Source: Phycisphaerales bacterium (GTDB lineage: Bacteria; Planctomycetota; Phycisphaerae; Phycisphaerales; UBA1924). From it: a stretch of 64,000 nucleotides of DNA. Positions within the stretch are counted from its first letter, which is position 1, and every line of letters begins with the position of its first letter. The notes under the pieces were generated by a model that did not search any database, was not told the DNA's origin, and was given only the letters and a program-made list of their open reading frames with translations. Positions 19,275 to 29,161 of this stretch are shown here, one piece after another. The position numbers and the translations under genes are program-made. The stretch is taken from positions 1,536,001-1,600,000 of the forward strand of contig OZ245777.1 in NCBI GenBank assembly GCA_965227775.1, in the 5' to 3' direction.

Positions 19275-19868
19275 ATGCCCAGCAACGACCGAGAACGACA
19301 TCCCGACGCAGTGGCGGACGAAGCCCGAGTCCGAGCGCTCGTGCTGCGCGCTGGCGATGGCGACCAAGACGCGTGGCGCGACCTCGTGGACGAGTACGCC
19401 CGCCGCGTGTATGGGCTGATTCGCAGCCGCGGGTGCGACCCGGCCCGGGCCGAGGAGATCACCCAAAGCGTGTTCGTGACGGTGGCCCGCGTACTGGGGC
19501 AGGGTCGGTACGAGGAGCAGGGCCGTTTCGAGGCCTGGCTCTTCCGCATCGCCATGAACCGCCTGCGGGACGATGCGAGGGCCCGCAAACGGCACTCCAC
19601 CCACGAACTGGGCGATGCAGCCCAGGGCCTCGCTTCGGGCCCACCCGAAGAGCACGAGGAGACCGACGGGCTCAGGGCCGCCCTCGAGGGGCTGCCACCA
19701 GCCGACCGCGAGGTCATCGAGCTCCGCCATCGGGCCGACATGAGCTTCAAGCAGATCGCTGAGATGCTCGAGCAGCCGCTCGGCACGGTGCTGGCCCGCC
19801 ACCACAGGGCGCTTCGCAAGCTCCGATCCGTGCTGGAGGCGGCAGAGGCACGAGAATCGACCGCGTAG
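19275..19868 (+). CDS. ECF RNA polymerase sigma factor
   Basis: AEEITQSVF, FEAWLFRIAMN, GTVLARHHRAL. Confidence 0.92.
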   Translation: MPSNDRERHPDAVADEARVRALVLRAGDGDQDAWRDLVDEYARRVYGLIRSRGCDPARAEEITQSVFVTVARVLGQGRYEEQGRFEAWLFRIAMNRLRDDARARKRHSTHELGDAAQGLASGPPEEHEETDGLRAALEGLPPADREVIELRHRADMSFKQIAEMLEQPLGTVLARHHRALRKLRSVLEAAEARESTA

Positions 19869-19942
19869 GGCGTTTTCGGACGCCCGAGGACGCATTAAAC
19901 TGGCGTCGGCGGCGTTGGACGGATTGAATCGGAGGGGATTCC

Positions 19943-20419
19943 ATGGCGGCTTCCAACGAACACGACATGCAACGCGAGAGCGAGCACATTCCAGAAGACG
20001 TTCGCGGCGTCGCCGACCAGGTGCGCGCCTTGCCGAGCGACGCGCCCGAAGGCCTCGAGGCCCGGGTGTACGACGCCTCGATCGGGGCGCTGCGCGATGG
20101 TCGCTCGCAACGCGGAGGCGTGCTCGCGAAGATTGGCCCCGTCAGGTGGATGGCGCCCATCGCGGCGGCCGCCGCCGTCGGCCTGCTCGCGTGGGCCGGG
20201 GCGACGTGGATGGCTCCGCCCGCCCCATCGCACAGCCAACCGACCGCGGTGAGCACGGTGGCGCTCGACGAGCACGTCGACGCCGTGCTCGAGTACGCCG
20301 ATCTGTTTGCCGACGACGCCTGGACTGAAACGCTCGCGGAAGATGCCGAGTCGCTCGACGATGCATGGGAGCCAAGCGTCGAGACGTGGTCGCTCGAAGG
20401 CGAAGTGGGGGCAGGCTGA
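19943..20419 (+). CDS. Putative single-pass anti-sigma factor
   Basis: Follows the ECF gene; PEGLEARV motif, central TM helix (IAAAAAVGLLAW), acidic C-terminus. Confidence 0.6.
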   Translation: MAASNEHDMQRESEHIPEDVRGVADQVRALPSDAPEGLEARVYDASIGALRDGRSQRGGVLAKIGPVRWMAPIAAAAAVGLLAWAGATWMAPPAPSHSQPTAVSTVALDEHVDAVLEYADLFADDAWTETLAEDAESLDDAWEPSVETWSLEGEVGAG

Positions 20420-21339
20420 TGCTGATCCGCCGCACTTCGCTCAGGTCCATGTTGCTCGCTGGCGTTGTCGCGCTGGCCCACTGCGCCGTTGTCCCGAGCC
20501 TCGCGCTCGCCCAGGACGAGCCCGAGCCAGCCGAAGAAGCTTCGCCGGCTGATTCCGGCCGCCTGGCCGCGCTCGTAGAGCGTCGGCTCGAGCAAGCCGA
20601 GCAGCAACAGGCACGACTGCGCGAGATCAAGCGTCGGCTGGAAGCCGGCGAGTCGGCGATCAACATCCTCTCTGATCTGCGTGAGCGCGGTGAGATGGGC
20701 GTGCTCGGCGAGATGGCCCGTGGTCCGGAACGACCGGGCCAGCGCCGCTTCCGCGATGGTGATCCGCCGCGTGAGGATGACGCAGACCCGCAGGACTTCG
20801 TGCTCGTGCGCAACCGCGTGATGGCGTTCTTCGAGCGTCACGCACCCGAACTCGCCGACCGTTTGCAGGCCGAGGGTGACTCCGAGGAAGCCCGCCGGGC
20901 CGTGATGCGGCTACGTCGCGAGGTGGAACGGCTGATCGAGCTGCGCGAACAGGGCTCCGATGAATTCGAGCCGACCCTCGAACGCCTTCGCAACGGCATG
21001 CGCATCGCCGACGTGCTGGGCAAGGTGCGCGCTGGGGCCCAAGCCGGCACGCTGACGCCCGAAGCGCTGCGCGAGCTTCGCCGGGACCTGACCGAACTCG
21101 TTGCGACGCAGTTCGACGCGCAGCTCGCCGCCAGGGCCAAGTGGCTGGAACGCATGAGCGAACGCCTGCGCGGCGCCCGTGCCAAGCTCGAGCGCGAGCA
21201 GGCAGAGCGTTCGCAGCGCATCGAGGCCGAGGTGCAAGCCATGCTTGATCGCGCGACGAATCCGCGCGAGCCACAGGGGCGACGCGAGCCGGGCTCCGAG
21301 CAGCGCGAGCAAGGCCAAGAGCGGCGCCGCCCGCGTTAA
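20419..21339 (+). CDS. Exported helical R/E-rich protein (possible periplasmic accessory protein)
   Basis: Signal peptide ending ALAQD; charged coiled-coil body; 1-bp overlap with the anti-sigma gene. Confidence 0.65.
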   Translation: MLIRRTSLRSMLLAGVVALAHCAVVPSLALAQDEPEPAEEASPADSGRLAALVERRLEQAEQQQARLREIKRRLEAGESAINILSDLRERGEMGVLGEMARGPERPGQRRFRDGDPPREDDADPQDFVLVRNRVMAFFERHAPELADRLQAEGDSEEARRAVMRLRREVERLIELREQGSDEFEPTLERLRNGMRIADVLGKVRAGAQAGTLTPEALRELRRDLTELVATQFDAQLAARAKWLERMSERLRGARAKLEREQAERSQRIEAEVQAMLDRATNPREPQGRREPGSEQREQGQERRRPR

Positions 21340-21352
21340 GCAATCGCTCGTC

Positions 21353-21766
21353 TTAGCTCACGATCGAGCCGGGCGGCAGGTCGGCCATCGGGCTCAGCAA
21401 CACCACGGTGCGCTCTTCCTGGCCCTTGGCCGCGTCGCTGCCAGCGAGCAACATGCCGCGGCTTTCTTCGCCCCGCAGCTGACGTGGCGCAAGGTTCGCA
21501 ACGATCACGATGCTCTTGCCGACCAAGTCCTCGGGCTTGTAGTGACCCTTGATGCCCGCGCAGATCTGCCGCGGCGTGCCGCTGCCATCATCGAGCGTGA
21601 GCTTCAGCAGTCGGTCGGCCTTGGGGTGATCGACGGCCTCAAGCACCTTCGCCACGCGCAGATCGACGCGGGCGAAGTCCTCAAACACGATCTCGGGCTT
21701 GAACGGCGATTCGGTCTCGGCGGCGTCGGGCTTCGTGGCCTCGGCGGCCTGGGGCGTTTCGGACAT
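21353..21766 (-). CDS. Stand-alone tRNA-binding OB-fold protein (MetRS C-terminal/Trbp111/CsaA family)
   Basis: FEDFARVDLRVAKV, HPKADRLL, RQICAGI, NLAPRQLRGEESRGMLLA; AAGGAG RBS. Confidence 0.9.
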   Translation of the reverse strand: MSETPQAAEATKPDAAETESPFKPEIVFEDFARVDLRVAKVLEAVDHPKADRLLKLTLDDGSGTPRQICAGIKGHYKPEDLVGKSIVIVANLAPRQLRGEESRGMLLAGSDAAKGQEERTVVLLSPMADLPPGSIVS

Positions 21767-21794
21767 GCTGCGGCTCCTTGGTGAAGGAGCCAGT

Positions 21795-22826
21795 CTACGG
21801 CTGCGGCGCCGCGTCTTCCGCTGCCTCTTCGCTTGCCGGCGCTGCAGATGCCGTGGGCGGCTCGATCCACTGCCCAACGCGCCACAGCGTCCGCTCTACG
21901 TCGATGCCGTACCGTGCGGCGAGCAACTCGGGCACGCGATCGGGATCGGGATCGAGCAGCGGTGCGCCGCCGTCGGCGGCGATCTGGGCGCCCCAGCTCT
22001 GGTGGATGCCCCGGAGCAGCCGGCTCTCGAATCGCAGGTGATCGAGGAACTCCTGCTCGCTCATCGGCGGGCCCGGGTTGCCGCGGCACGTCGGGCAGAT
22101 GAGCGTCTCGACGCCGTCCTCGCCCCGGCGCGTGATCACGCGAGAGCCGCCGCACTCCAGGTCGGGCCAGTCGCGCAGGGCACGCTCGAACCGGCTGACC
22201 CCGCTCAGCCCGCCGCGACCGCCGAGCAATCGTCCGTATCGCTCGAACACGTCGCGCACGGCCTCGTCCTCGTAGAGCCGCGCCGCCCGCCTTCCCTCGC
22301 CAGAGCGAGCGAGCCCCAGCGCGTTTGCCGCCGCGAGGGCGACGTCGGGAGACACGGCGAGGTTCGTGACCCCGGCGCCGGCGCCGCGCGTTGCCCTCGG
22401 GTCGACAAGGCCCGCGACGGCGTAGAGCCACGCCGAGCCCTCGTCGGTCGCCTCGAGCGACGCGAGCCCGAGGCATGCGCCGGCCATGACCTCGGGCCGG
22501 TTACGGGTCCTTCGCTCAAGGTCGTACGCCACAGCATACAGGTGACGCGACAGGTCTCGATCCTCTGGCGAGCCGGTCTCGGAGCTGACCTCCTCGGCGA
22601 GTTCCAGGTAGGCCATCGCATCGCTCGCATCGAGCGCGGTCAGGCGCTCATTCAGGAGCTTGATGCGTTGCGACGCCGTGCGCATCGGCTCGGGCGAGGG
22701 TTCCGCTTCCGGCTCGGGCGTCGGAGCTTCGGCAGGTTGCTCGGGCTCGCCGACTGGCGGGGCGAACTGTGCGAACGCGCCGCTCGCAAACAGCAGGGCC
22801 GAAACCAGCATCACACACGACTTCAT
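21795..22826 (-). CDS. Exported hypothetical protein (343 aa) with DnaJ-like zinc-knuckle motif
   Basis: Signal peptide ...GAFAQ; DLECGG...CPTCRGNPG; 4-bp overlap with the upstream gene. Confidence 0.7.
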   Translation of the reverse strand: MKSCVMLVSALLFASGAFAQFAPPVGEPEQPAEAPTPEPEAEPSPEPMRTASQRIKLLNERLTALDASDAMAYLELAEEVSSETGSPEDRDLSRHLYAVAYDLERRTRNRPEVMAGACLGLASLEATDEGSAWLYAVAGLVDPRATRGAGAGVTNLAVSPDVALAAANALGLARSGEGRRAARLYEDEAVRDVFERYGRLLGGRGGLSGVSRFERALRDWPDLECGGSRVITRRGEDGVETLICPTCRGNPGPPMSEQEFLDHLRFESRLLRGIHQSWGAQIAADGGAPLLDPDPDRVPELLAARYGIDVERTLWRVGQWIEPPTASAAPASEEAAEDAAPQP

Positions 22827-25624
22827 TGGGGTCCTCCGCTTGCAGCATCGGCCAGCTTCAATCGCCATGCTTCCAGGCGGGCACGTTCGACGATCGAGAT
22901 CTGGTGCAGCACCCCGCGCGCGTCGCGCCGGTTTTCTTGCATCTGCGTAAGCAGGTCCGAGAGGCGCATCGCCATCGAAGGGCGCTCCGCCGCAGCGTTG
23001 TAGAGCGTGATCTCGACCAGCGCCGATTGGTACGCCGCGAACCACTGCACGCGGCCCTGTGCCAGGCGCGTGCGCCCCGCCAGGCGCCGGTCGACTTCGC
23101 CCGGGCCGAGCGGCCAGATCGCCGGCGGCACGACGCGATCGGCACGCTGCCGGGCGCGGTTCCACATGAGCTCGGCCGAGAGCTCGGGCGGGTTGTCCGC
23201 CTGGGCTGATGTAGCCGAGCCGATGGAAAGGCTGCGCGTGTAGGCCTCGGCGATCGCAGCCGCGGCTCGATCGATGCGGGCCAGCTCGCCCTCGGCGGCA
23301 AGCAACTGAAGCAGGCGCTCAACCAGCGTGCGCCGCGCGACGAGTTCCCAGGACTCGCCCGAGGGCAGGCGCACGCCCGTCACCATCTCGACCATCTGAC
23401 GCCGGCGGAACTCACCGCCCGGAAGCGGGAAGGCCTCGAGCACGGCAGCGATCACCACGGGCTTGCTCGCGTGTCCGGTCAGGATGGTGCTGGCTCGTTC
23501 CCGCACGGTGGCCGTCGAGCCTCGGAGGAACGCGAGCGTCACCAGCTCGGCTTCGACGGCGTGCTGCGGCCCGCTGCGCATGAGCTCGTCGAGGAGGTCG
23601 GCTTGCAACTCTGGGCGTCGCTGCTCCAAGTATCGCAGGGCCCATGGGCTCGGGTCGCTGTGGCTTGCCATGTAGATCGATCGCGTGCCCGCGGTCGTCT
23701 GCGCGGCCTGGACACCGAGGTCATCGCGCAGCTGCAGCAGCACGACGTCGGCCTCGTTGGCCAGGCCCTGCCAGAGAAGCTCGGCTGCGGTGTTGAGCCG
23801 CGCCGAGACGGCGGCATCGACGGCGCGCGCCACCTGCGGGTCTTCGGGCTGTGTTTCGAGATGGCGACGGGCCTCGCCCAGCCAGCGGCTCGTGACTTCG
23901 CCGTGGGCAATCGCCGACTGCACATTCCACGCAGCGGCGAAGCGATCGCGCACCTGCGAACGTTGTGCCGAGCTTGCGAGCACGGGCAGCACCATCGTCG
24001 GGTCGACGCCCGGCGCGCCCGACGCCGTGGCGAGCACGTTGGTCACGGCGTGGAGGTCGGCGATGGTAACCGCCGGATCATCAAACCACGCCAGCAGTCG
24101 CGAGCGCGACTCGTCCTCCGGCCGCCACGGTAGTGATACCACAAGCCGGCGCACGATCTGGAACACACGCTCGTCCGTCGGCTCCGGTCCGCGCAGGAGG
24201 ACTGCTTCCAGCCCGGCGATCATCAATCGCTGGCCGAGCTGCGGCTCGCTGGTGACCATGCCTTCGACTGCCTGGAGCCAGGCCTCCCACGCGTCCGGAT
24301 CTGCATTGAAGTCGTTTGTGCCGACGAGCGACGCGAGTTCGGCGCGCAGCGCAATGGTGACGCCCGCCGAGAAGTCACTGACGGCCCGAGCCTCGACCGG
24401 CGCCTGCGTGAGCAAGAAGCCTCGCAGCCCCTCGACCGCGGCGGAGGGAAGGTCCTGTTCCCTGTTCAGCCGCACGACGGCGCCCACCTGCCAGGCGCGC
24501 GCCGCCAGCGTTGGTTCACTGCTCTCCGAGAGCGGCCCTGTGAGGAACGCCACCACGCGCCGGATGGCGAGTTCGTCGTCTCGCACGAGGTAGAGATGGT
24601 CGATGACCAGGCCCAGCGCGGCCTGTCGCTGATCGGGCCGCACCTGCGGCCAGTTGTTCGCGAGCGTCACGACGGCCCGCTCGAACACGGGCTGTGCCGA
24701 TGCCTCGCCCTTGCGGCGGCGCTCTGCCGCCAGGCGCAGATCGGTGACGATGGTGTCGATGCGGGTGTCCGGCGTTGCCTCCGCAGTGCGTTCGGCTTCC
24801 GCCTGCCGCTCTGCTTCGGCGATCGCTCTTGCCTGCTGCTCGGGCGTTGGGCCTCCTGGCGTTGTCGCCTCAGGCTGTATCTCCGCTTGTGCTGCTTGCT
24901 GCGCGGCTTGCCCCGAATTCCGCATCACCGGGATAGCGATGAGCACCGCGGCCGCCGCGACCAGCGTGAGCACGACGGCGACAGCCATTGCGCCAAGCAG
25001 CGCGAGATCGTTGTTCGCAACGTGCGTTGGCCCCGCGTCGGTGGGGGCGAAGCGGCCTGGGTCGGTTACGCCATCATCGCCGGCGCCCGAGCCACTGGGC
25101 GAACTGGAGAGTGCCGGCCCGCTCTGCCTCGCGAGTCGGGTCAGCGCGACGGCAAGATCATCGCCTGTCAGCCCGCGCGCGTGTGCGAGCATGGACAGAT
25201 GCCGCATGGTCGTCGCGTTCCATCCGCCGTGAGCACCGAGTGCGAGCACCGCGTCCTGCTGCAATGCGAGGTGAGCGGGCGGAAGCTGCCTGGGCCTGTC
25301 CCACCGCGCCGGCAGATCGGCTTGCGAATCCTCCTCGATGACGAATCCGCTGCCGCGACGGCGGTTGCCCAGCAGCTGTGCGGCCGCTGCGTGCAGCGCG
25401 AGCCGAGCTTCGTCACCCAGCGGCGTGCCGCCGTAGCGATGAGAGTTCACGCGCGCCAGACGCTCGTTGAGCGCGGCAACGATCTCGCCGTCATCGGTGT
25501 GCTCGGCATCGACGCCCAGCAGTCCGGCAGAATCCGTCCCTGGGTCGAGGCCAAGGATGCCCGCGATGGCCGCTTCGCGAGGTGTGGGCTGTGGGCGTGG
25601 AGGCGGCGGAGGCGCGTTGCTCAT
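22823..25624 (-). CDS. Large bitopic hypothetical protein (933 aa): J-domain-like N-terminus, one TM helix, large helical C-terminal domain
   Basis: Long ORF coupled to neighbours on both sides; TM LALLGAMAVAVVLTLVAAAAVLIAIPV. Confidence 0.75.
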   Translation of the reverse strand: MSNAPPPPPRPQPTPREAAIAGILGLDPGTDSAGLLGVDAEHTDDGEIVAALNERLARVNSHRYGGTPLGDEARLALHAAAAQLLGNRRRGSGFVIEEDSQADLPARWDRPRQLPPAHLALQQDAVLALGAHGGWNATTMRHLSMLAHARGLTGDDLAVALTRLARQSGPALSSSPSGSGAGDDGVTDPGRFAPTDAGPTHVANNDLALLGAMAVAVVLTLVAAAAVLIAIPVMRNSGQAAQQAAQAEIQPEATTPGGPTPEQQARAIAEAERQAEAERTAEATPDTRIDTIVTDLRLAAERRRKGEASAQPVFERAVVTLANNWPQVRPDQRQAALGLVIDHLYLVRDDELAIRRVVAFLTGPLSESSEPTLAARAWQVGAVVRLNREQDLPSAAVEGLRGFLLTQAPVEARAVSDFSAGVTIALRAELASLVGTNDFNADPDAWEAWLQAVEGMVTSEPQLGQRLMIAGLEAVLLRGPEPTDERVFQIVRRLVVSLPWRPEDESRSRLLAWFDDPAVTIADLHAVTNVLATASGAPGVDPTMVLPVLASSAQRSQVRDRFAAAWNVQSAIAHGEVTSRWLGEARRHLETQPEDPQVARAVDAAVSARLNTAAELLWQGLANEADVVLLQLRDDLGVQAAQTTAGTRSIYMASHSDPSPWALRYLEQRRPELQADLLDELMRSGPQHAVEAELVTLAFLRGSTATVRERASTILTGHASKPVVIAAVLEAFPLPGGEFRRRQMVEMVTGVRLPSGESWELVARRTLVERLLQLLAAEGELARIDRAAAAIAEAYTRSLSIGSATSAQADNPPELSAELMWNRARQRADRVVPPAIWPLGPGEVDRRLAGRTRLAQGRVQWFAAYQSALVEITLYNAAAERPSMAMRLSDLLTQMQENRRDARGVLHQISIVERARLEAWRLKLADAASGGPQ

Positions 25625-28311
25625 GGAGCGTCCTCCAGGGACGGTCCCGGCAGGTCGCGTCCGCCCTCGAGCGACTCAAGCAATCCGGTCAACCTCGTTG
25701 CCCAGGGTTCGGGCGTGCCCGGGTAGAGCAGCAGGTGCTGCCGCAGCGCGTCGATGGCGCGCGGCGCGTCGTTCTCGCCCAGCAAGCGTGCGGACTCGTA
25801 TCGAGCCCGCAGTGCTCCGGCCGAGCCCTCGGGCGCTCCGGCGAGCAAACGGCGCCAGGCGTCGAGCGCATCCGCCGATCGATCCGACAACTCGCTCGCA
25901 TACGCAAATCTCGTAAGCGAGAACGCATCGGATACGTCAGCCGCCTTCAGCCTCCCGTCGATCGCAACGACGAGATCGAGCATCTCGCGACGCTGCTCGT
26001 CCGTGCCGGCTGTTCGGGCCAGCGACCATGCGGCGCGCGCGACGGTGGTGTGCACGCCGTACGCCTGGGGAGTCGCGAGCGTCGCGTCGTCACTGCCCAA
26101 TTCGGCGATGACCGGTCGCCCGAACTCGACAACCTGTCGGGCGTGGCCCGTGTGCTCGGGCGTTTCGCGGAATCGTCCGGCGGCCCACGCGTACATCGCG
26201 CGATCGGCCAGCGCATCGAACACGCCGTCCTCGGCTTCGAACGTCCGCGCGATGCGACGGGCCTCTTGCGAGTCGTCCTTCGCCAGCGCGAGTTGCAGGC
26301 GGCGGAACGCGATTTCCGACTCGATCGACCGCGGCGGCGAGCCTACGCGCAGGCGTAGCTCCTGAACGGTGTCGAGCAAGGACTCGGCTCGCTCGACGTC
26401 CGGCACGGGCGATCCCAGGATGACCTGCAGCATCGCACGCGCGAGCGCGAGCGCACGGTCGGATGCCGATGTGGCCGACTCCAGGTCGCCCGTCGCGGCC
26501 CGGCGGCGATCGATCTGCAAGAGATCGTCGGCGATGGTCAGGTATCGCAGCGCCGCCGCGGAACGAGCATCACCGCTCAGCGATCGGAGCCTGGCGTACA
26601 GCAGCCGCTCCGCTCGCCGGCGGGCGGCCTCGTACAAGGGCGAGTCAGCCTCGACATTCAGCAGGATCTCGATTGCCTTCGGGTCGTTCGCCGACGCCGC
26701 TCCGGCGCGAGCAACCAGCAGCCGTGCGGCCCGCTCCGTGCCCGGAAAGCTCTGCAGGTACAGGGTGACGAGCCGGTCTCGCCGGGCAACCACGCCGTCG
26801 TTTCCCTCGCGGATGGCCGCGTCGAGTGCGACGATGGCGTGCCACAACGCACGCTCGCCCTGGTCTGTGTCGGCGGCGGCCTCGTGTGCACGCTCGAAGC
26901 GATCGGCGGCCTCGAGCATCTCGCCGCCCATATAAGCCGACATCGCCGCGAGCTGCATGGCCTGGGCCCGCTCATCAGGGAAGCGGTCGGCGTCCTCGGC
27001 TTGCAGGGCGGCGTCGAGCGCTCGGACCGCCGACGCGTAAAGATTGGCTACCGCGTCATCGGTTGCAATCTCGCCGTCGGTGTATCCCGCGGCCTCGTAC
27101 GCGTCGGTCGCCCGCTCGTACGCGTTCTGCCCGCGCACGAACGCGAAGATGAATCCCTCGCCTTCGAGTGATGACGTGCCGAACTGCTCGACCAGCGACC
27201 TCAGTACGGCGACCTGATCCTGCCGAACGAGATCCTGGATCGCAGCGTGGGCGATCTCTTCGAGCACCGATTGGTCGCGCGGCGCCAGCCGCTGCCGCGT
27301 GAGCGCCTCCCACGACACGTTCGCCAGGAGCTGCGCCTCCAGCGGTTCGAGTCCTGGCTCGCCATCGGCCCGACGCGAGCGACGCATGCGGTCGCTGTGG
27401 TACGCGAGGTCTCTCCAGCGGCCGGCTTCGCCGAGCACGAGCAAGCGGCAGACAAACAAACGCTCTCGGATGCCCTCGGATAGCGTCGCGGCCGACTCGA
27501 TCTTGTCGATCCACCGGATCGCGGTGTCGGCGTTGCCGAGCAGGCTCTCGCAGAACGCGGCCGCGATCGCCGCGTCTGCGACATGGTCGAAGCGCATCAG
27601 CCGCTCGTCGGCGCGTTCCACGCTCGCAGCCCGGTTTTCTTCGGCCCCGAGCAACACGCCTAGGTCCTTGAGAGCATCCATCGCGTAGCGCTCGCCACCG
27701 GTCATGACGGCCAGGTAGTACCGCGTCCAGCCCAACAGGTAGTGCGCCGTCGAACGTACGCGGGCGGCTGCCTCGTAGGCCTCCTGCTCCTGCTCATCGA
27801 GCCCAACGGCGGTGCGTCGTCGATCGAGCCGGTATGCAGCCTCCGACGCCGTCTGTGCGACTGAAGACAGCTCCGGAGCCAGTGAACGCAGCGTGCGCTC
27901 GGCTTCTTCGAGTTCCTCGGCTGGCACGAGATTCAGCCGAGCCCGCTCGGCAACCTCCTTGGCCCACTGGTATCGCGCGCGCACGAGCGCTAGCCGCAGA
28001 TCGCCGGCGTCCTCTTCGGGCAACTGACGCGTCAGCCGCTGGCCGAGCTGCTCGATGCGTTGCCGCTCGGCCGCGCTTGTCGCCAGACCGAGCAGCTCGA
28101 CGTAGAGCTCGGCGAGCCGCTTGGCGATCGCGCGACGGTCATCGATGGCGGCGTCCTCGAATCGGTACCGCAGGTCGGCGGCTTCTACTTCTCGCAGCTC
28201 GTAGCTCGCCAGGTACTGCTCGAACCGCTGCTCGTCTTGCGCATGCGATGACGCACCGGCCAAGGCCAGCAGCGAGCAGGCGAGCATGGCGGTCCTAGTC
28301 GGCCGGTACAT
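25621..28311 (-). CDS. Large exported TPR-like/alpha-solenoid protein (896 aa)
   Basis: Signal peptide ...SSHAQD; TPR-like segments (AHYLLGWTRYY, YLQSFPG, ARYESARLL...LLYPG). Confidence 0.75.
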   Translation of the reverse strand: MYRPTRTAMLACSLLALAGASSHAQDEQRFEQYLASYELREVEAADLRYRFEDAAIDDRRAIAKRLAELYVELLGLATSAAERQRIEQLGQRLTRQLPEEDAGDLRLALVRARYQWAKEVAERARLNLVPAEELEEAERTLRSLAPELSSVAQTASEAAYRLDRRRTAVGLDEQEQEAYEAAARVRSTAHYLLGWTRYYLAVMTGGERYAMDALKDLGVLLGAEENRAASVERADERLMRFDHVADAAIAAAFCESLLGNADTAIRWIDKIESAATLSEGIRERLFVCRLLVLGEAGRWRDLAYHSDRMRRSRRADGEPGLEPLEAQLLANVSWEALTRQRLAPRDQSVLEEIAHAAIQDLVRQDQVAVLRSLVEQFGTSSLEGEGFIFAFVRGQNAYERATDAYEAAGYTDGEIATDDAVANLYASAVRALDAALQAEDADRFPDERAQAMQLAAMSAYMGGEMLEAADRFERAHEAAADTDQGERALWHAIVALDAAIREGNDGVVARRDRLVTLYLQSFPGTERAARLLVARAGAASANDPKAIEILLNVEADSPLYEAARRRAERLLYARLRSLSGDARSAAALRYLTIADDLLQIDRRRAATGDLESATSASDRALALARAMLQVILGSPVPDVERAESLLDTVQELRLRVGSPPRSIESEIAFRRLQLALAKDDSQEARRIARTFEAEDGVFDALADRAMYAWAAGRFRETPEHTGHARQVVEFGRPVIAELGSDDATLATPQAYGVHTTVARAAWSLARTAGTDEQRREMLDLVVAIDGRLKAADVSDAFSLTRFAYASELSDRSADALDAWRRLLAGAPEGSAGALRARYESARLLGENDAPRAIDALRQHLLLYPGTPEPWATRLTGLLESLEGGRDLPGPSLEDAP

Positions 28312-28705
28312 ACGTCCTCTTTACAAAGCCCGCGTCCAGTGCGTCCTGCATCACGCCGGCGACGGCTGACCACGGCGCGCGGTCGGTCACCCGCACGAAC
28401 AAACCGCCCTCTTTGGGCAGTTGTTCGAGCGCAGCGTTGAGCGAGTCGCGGTCGGCGAACACGCGCGATCCCATGCGAAACGTCACGACACCATCGGTCA
28501 GGTCGACCGTCAGGATCTGGGGCTTGAGGTCTCGCGCCTGCCCCGCGCCGCGCTCGCCCTGCAGGGTCGAGGCCACGCGGCTCTCGGGCGGAGTGATCGT
28601 CGCGGTCACCATGAAGTAGATCAGCAGCAGGAACACCACGTCGATCAGCGGTGTCAGCGGCAGATCGCCTGCTTCGTCGCGATAGCTGGGCGGGCGTACA
28701 CGCAT
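28295..28705 (-). CDS. exbD: Biopolymer transporter ExbD/TolR family
   Basis: LTPLIDVVFLLLIYFMV with the conserved TM Asp. Confidence 0.92.
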   Translation of the reverse strand: MRVRPPSYRDEAGDLPLTPLIDVVFLLLIYFMVTATITPPESRVASTLQGERGAGQARDLKPQILTVDLTDGVVTFRMGSRVFADRDSLNAALEQLPKEGGLFVRVTDRAPWSAVAGVMQDALDAGFVKRTYVPAD

Positions 28706-28708
28706 GGT

Positions 28709-29137
28709 TCAGCCCCGCCCCGATCGGTTGACCGTCGCGTGGCTCCACTGGCGCACGCCCATGTTCGTGAGCCGGCGGGCCAGCTCATTCACAGGGCCAG
28801 CGGCCGTGCCCTGATCGGCTCGAAGCAATACGCGCAGGTTCTCAGGCCCACCCACGCGGTCGGCCTGCTCTTCCACGATCTCGATGACCCGCTCGAGCGA
28901 GCGGGCACGGCCGCTCACAAGGAACACCCCATCGGCGCGCACGTCGATCATGAGCGCATCGGGATCGCTGGTGGTATCTTCCACCCCGGGCTCATCGGGA
29001 AGGTCCACGCTCGTGCGGCTGACCTCGGCGAAGCGCGCCGTGTAAAGGAAGAAGATGATGACCAGCAGAACCACGTCGATCATCGGCGTCATGTTCACCG
29101 TGAATCGCACGCGGGCTGGCTTGGAGCCAAAGAGCAT
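28709..29137 (-). CDS. exbD: Biopolymer transporter ExbD/TolR family
   Basis: NMTPMIDVVLLVIIFF, VDLP, LLRAD motifs. Confidence 0.92.
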   Translation of the reverse strand: MLFGSKPARVRFTVNMTPMIDVVLLVIIFFLYTARFAEVSRTSVDLPDEPGVEDTTSDPDALMIDVRADGVFLVSGRARSLERVIEIVEEQADRVGGPENLRVLLRADQGTAAGPVNELARRLTNMGVRQWSHATVNRSGRG

Positions 29138-29161
29138 CGGGTCAATCCGTTCGTCGGTCGA

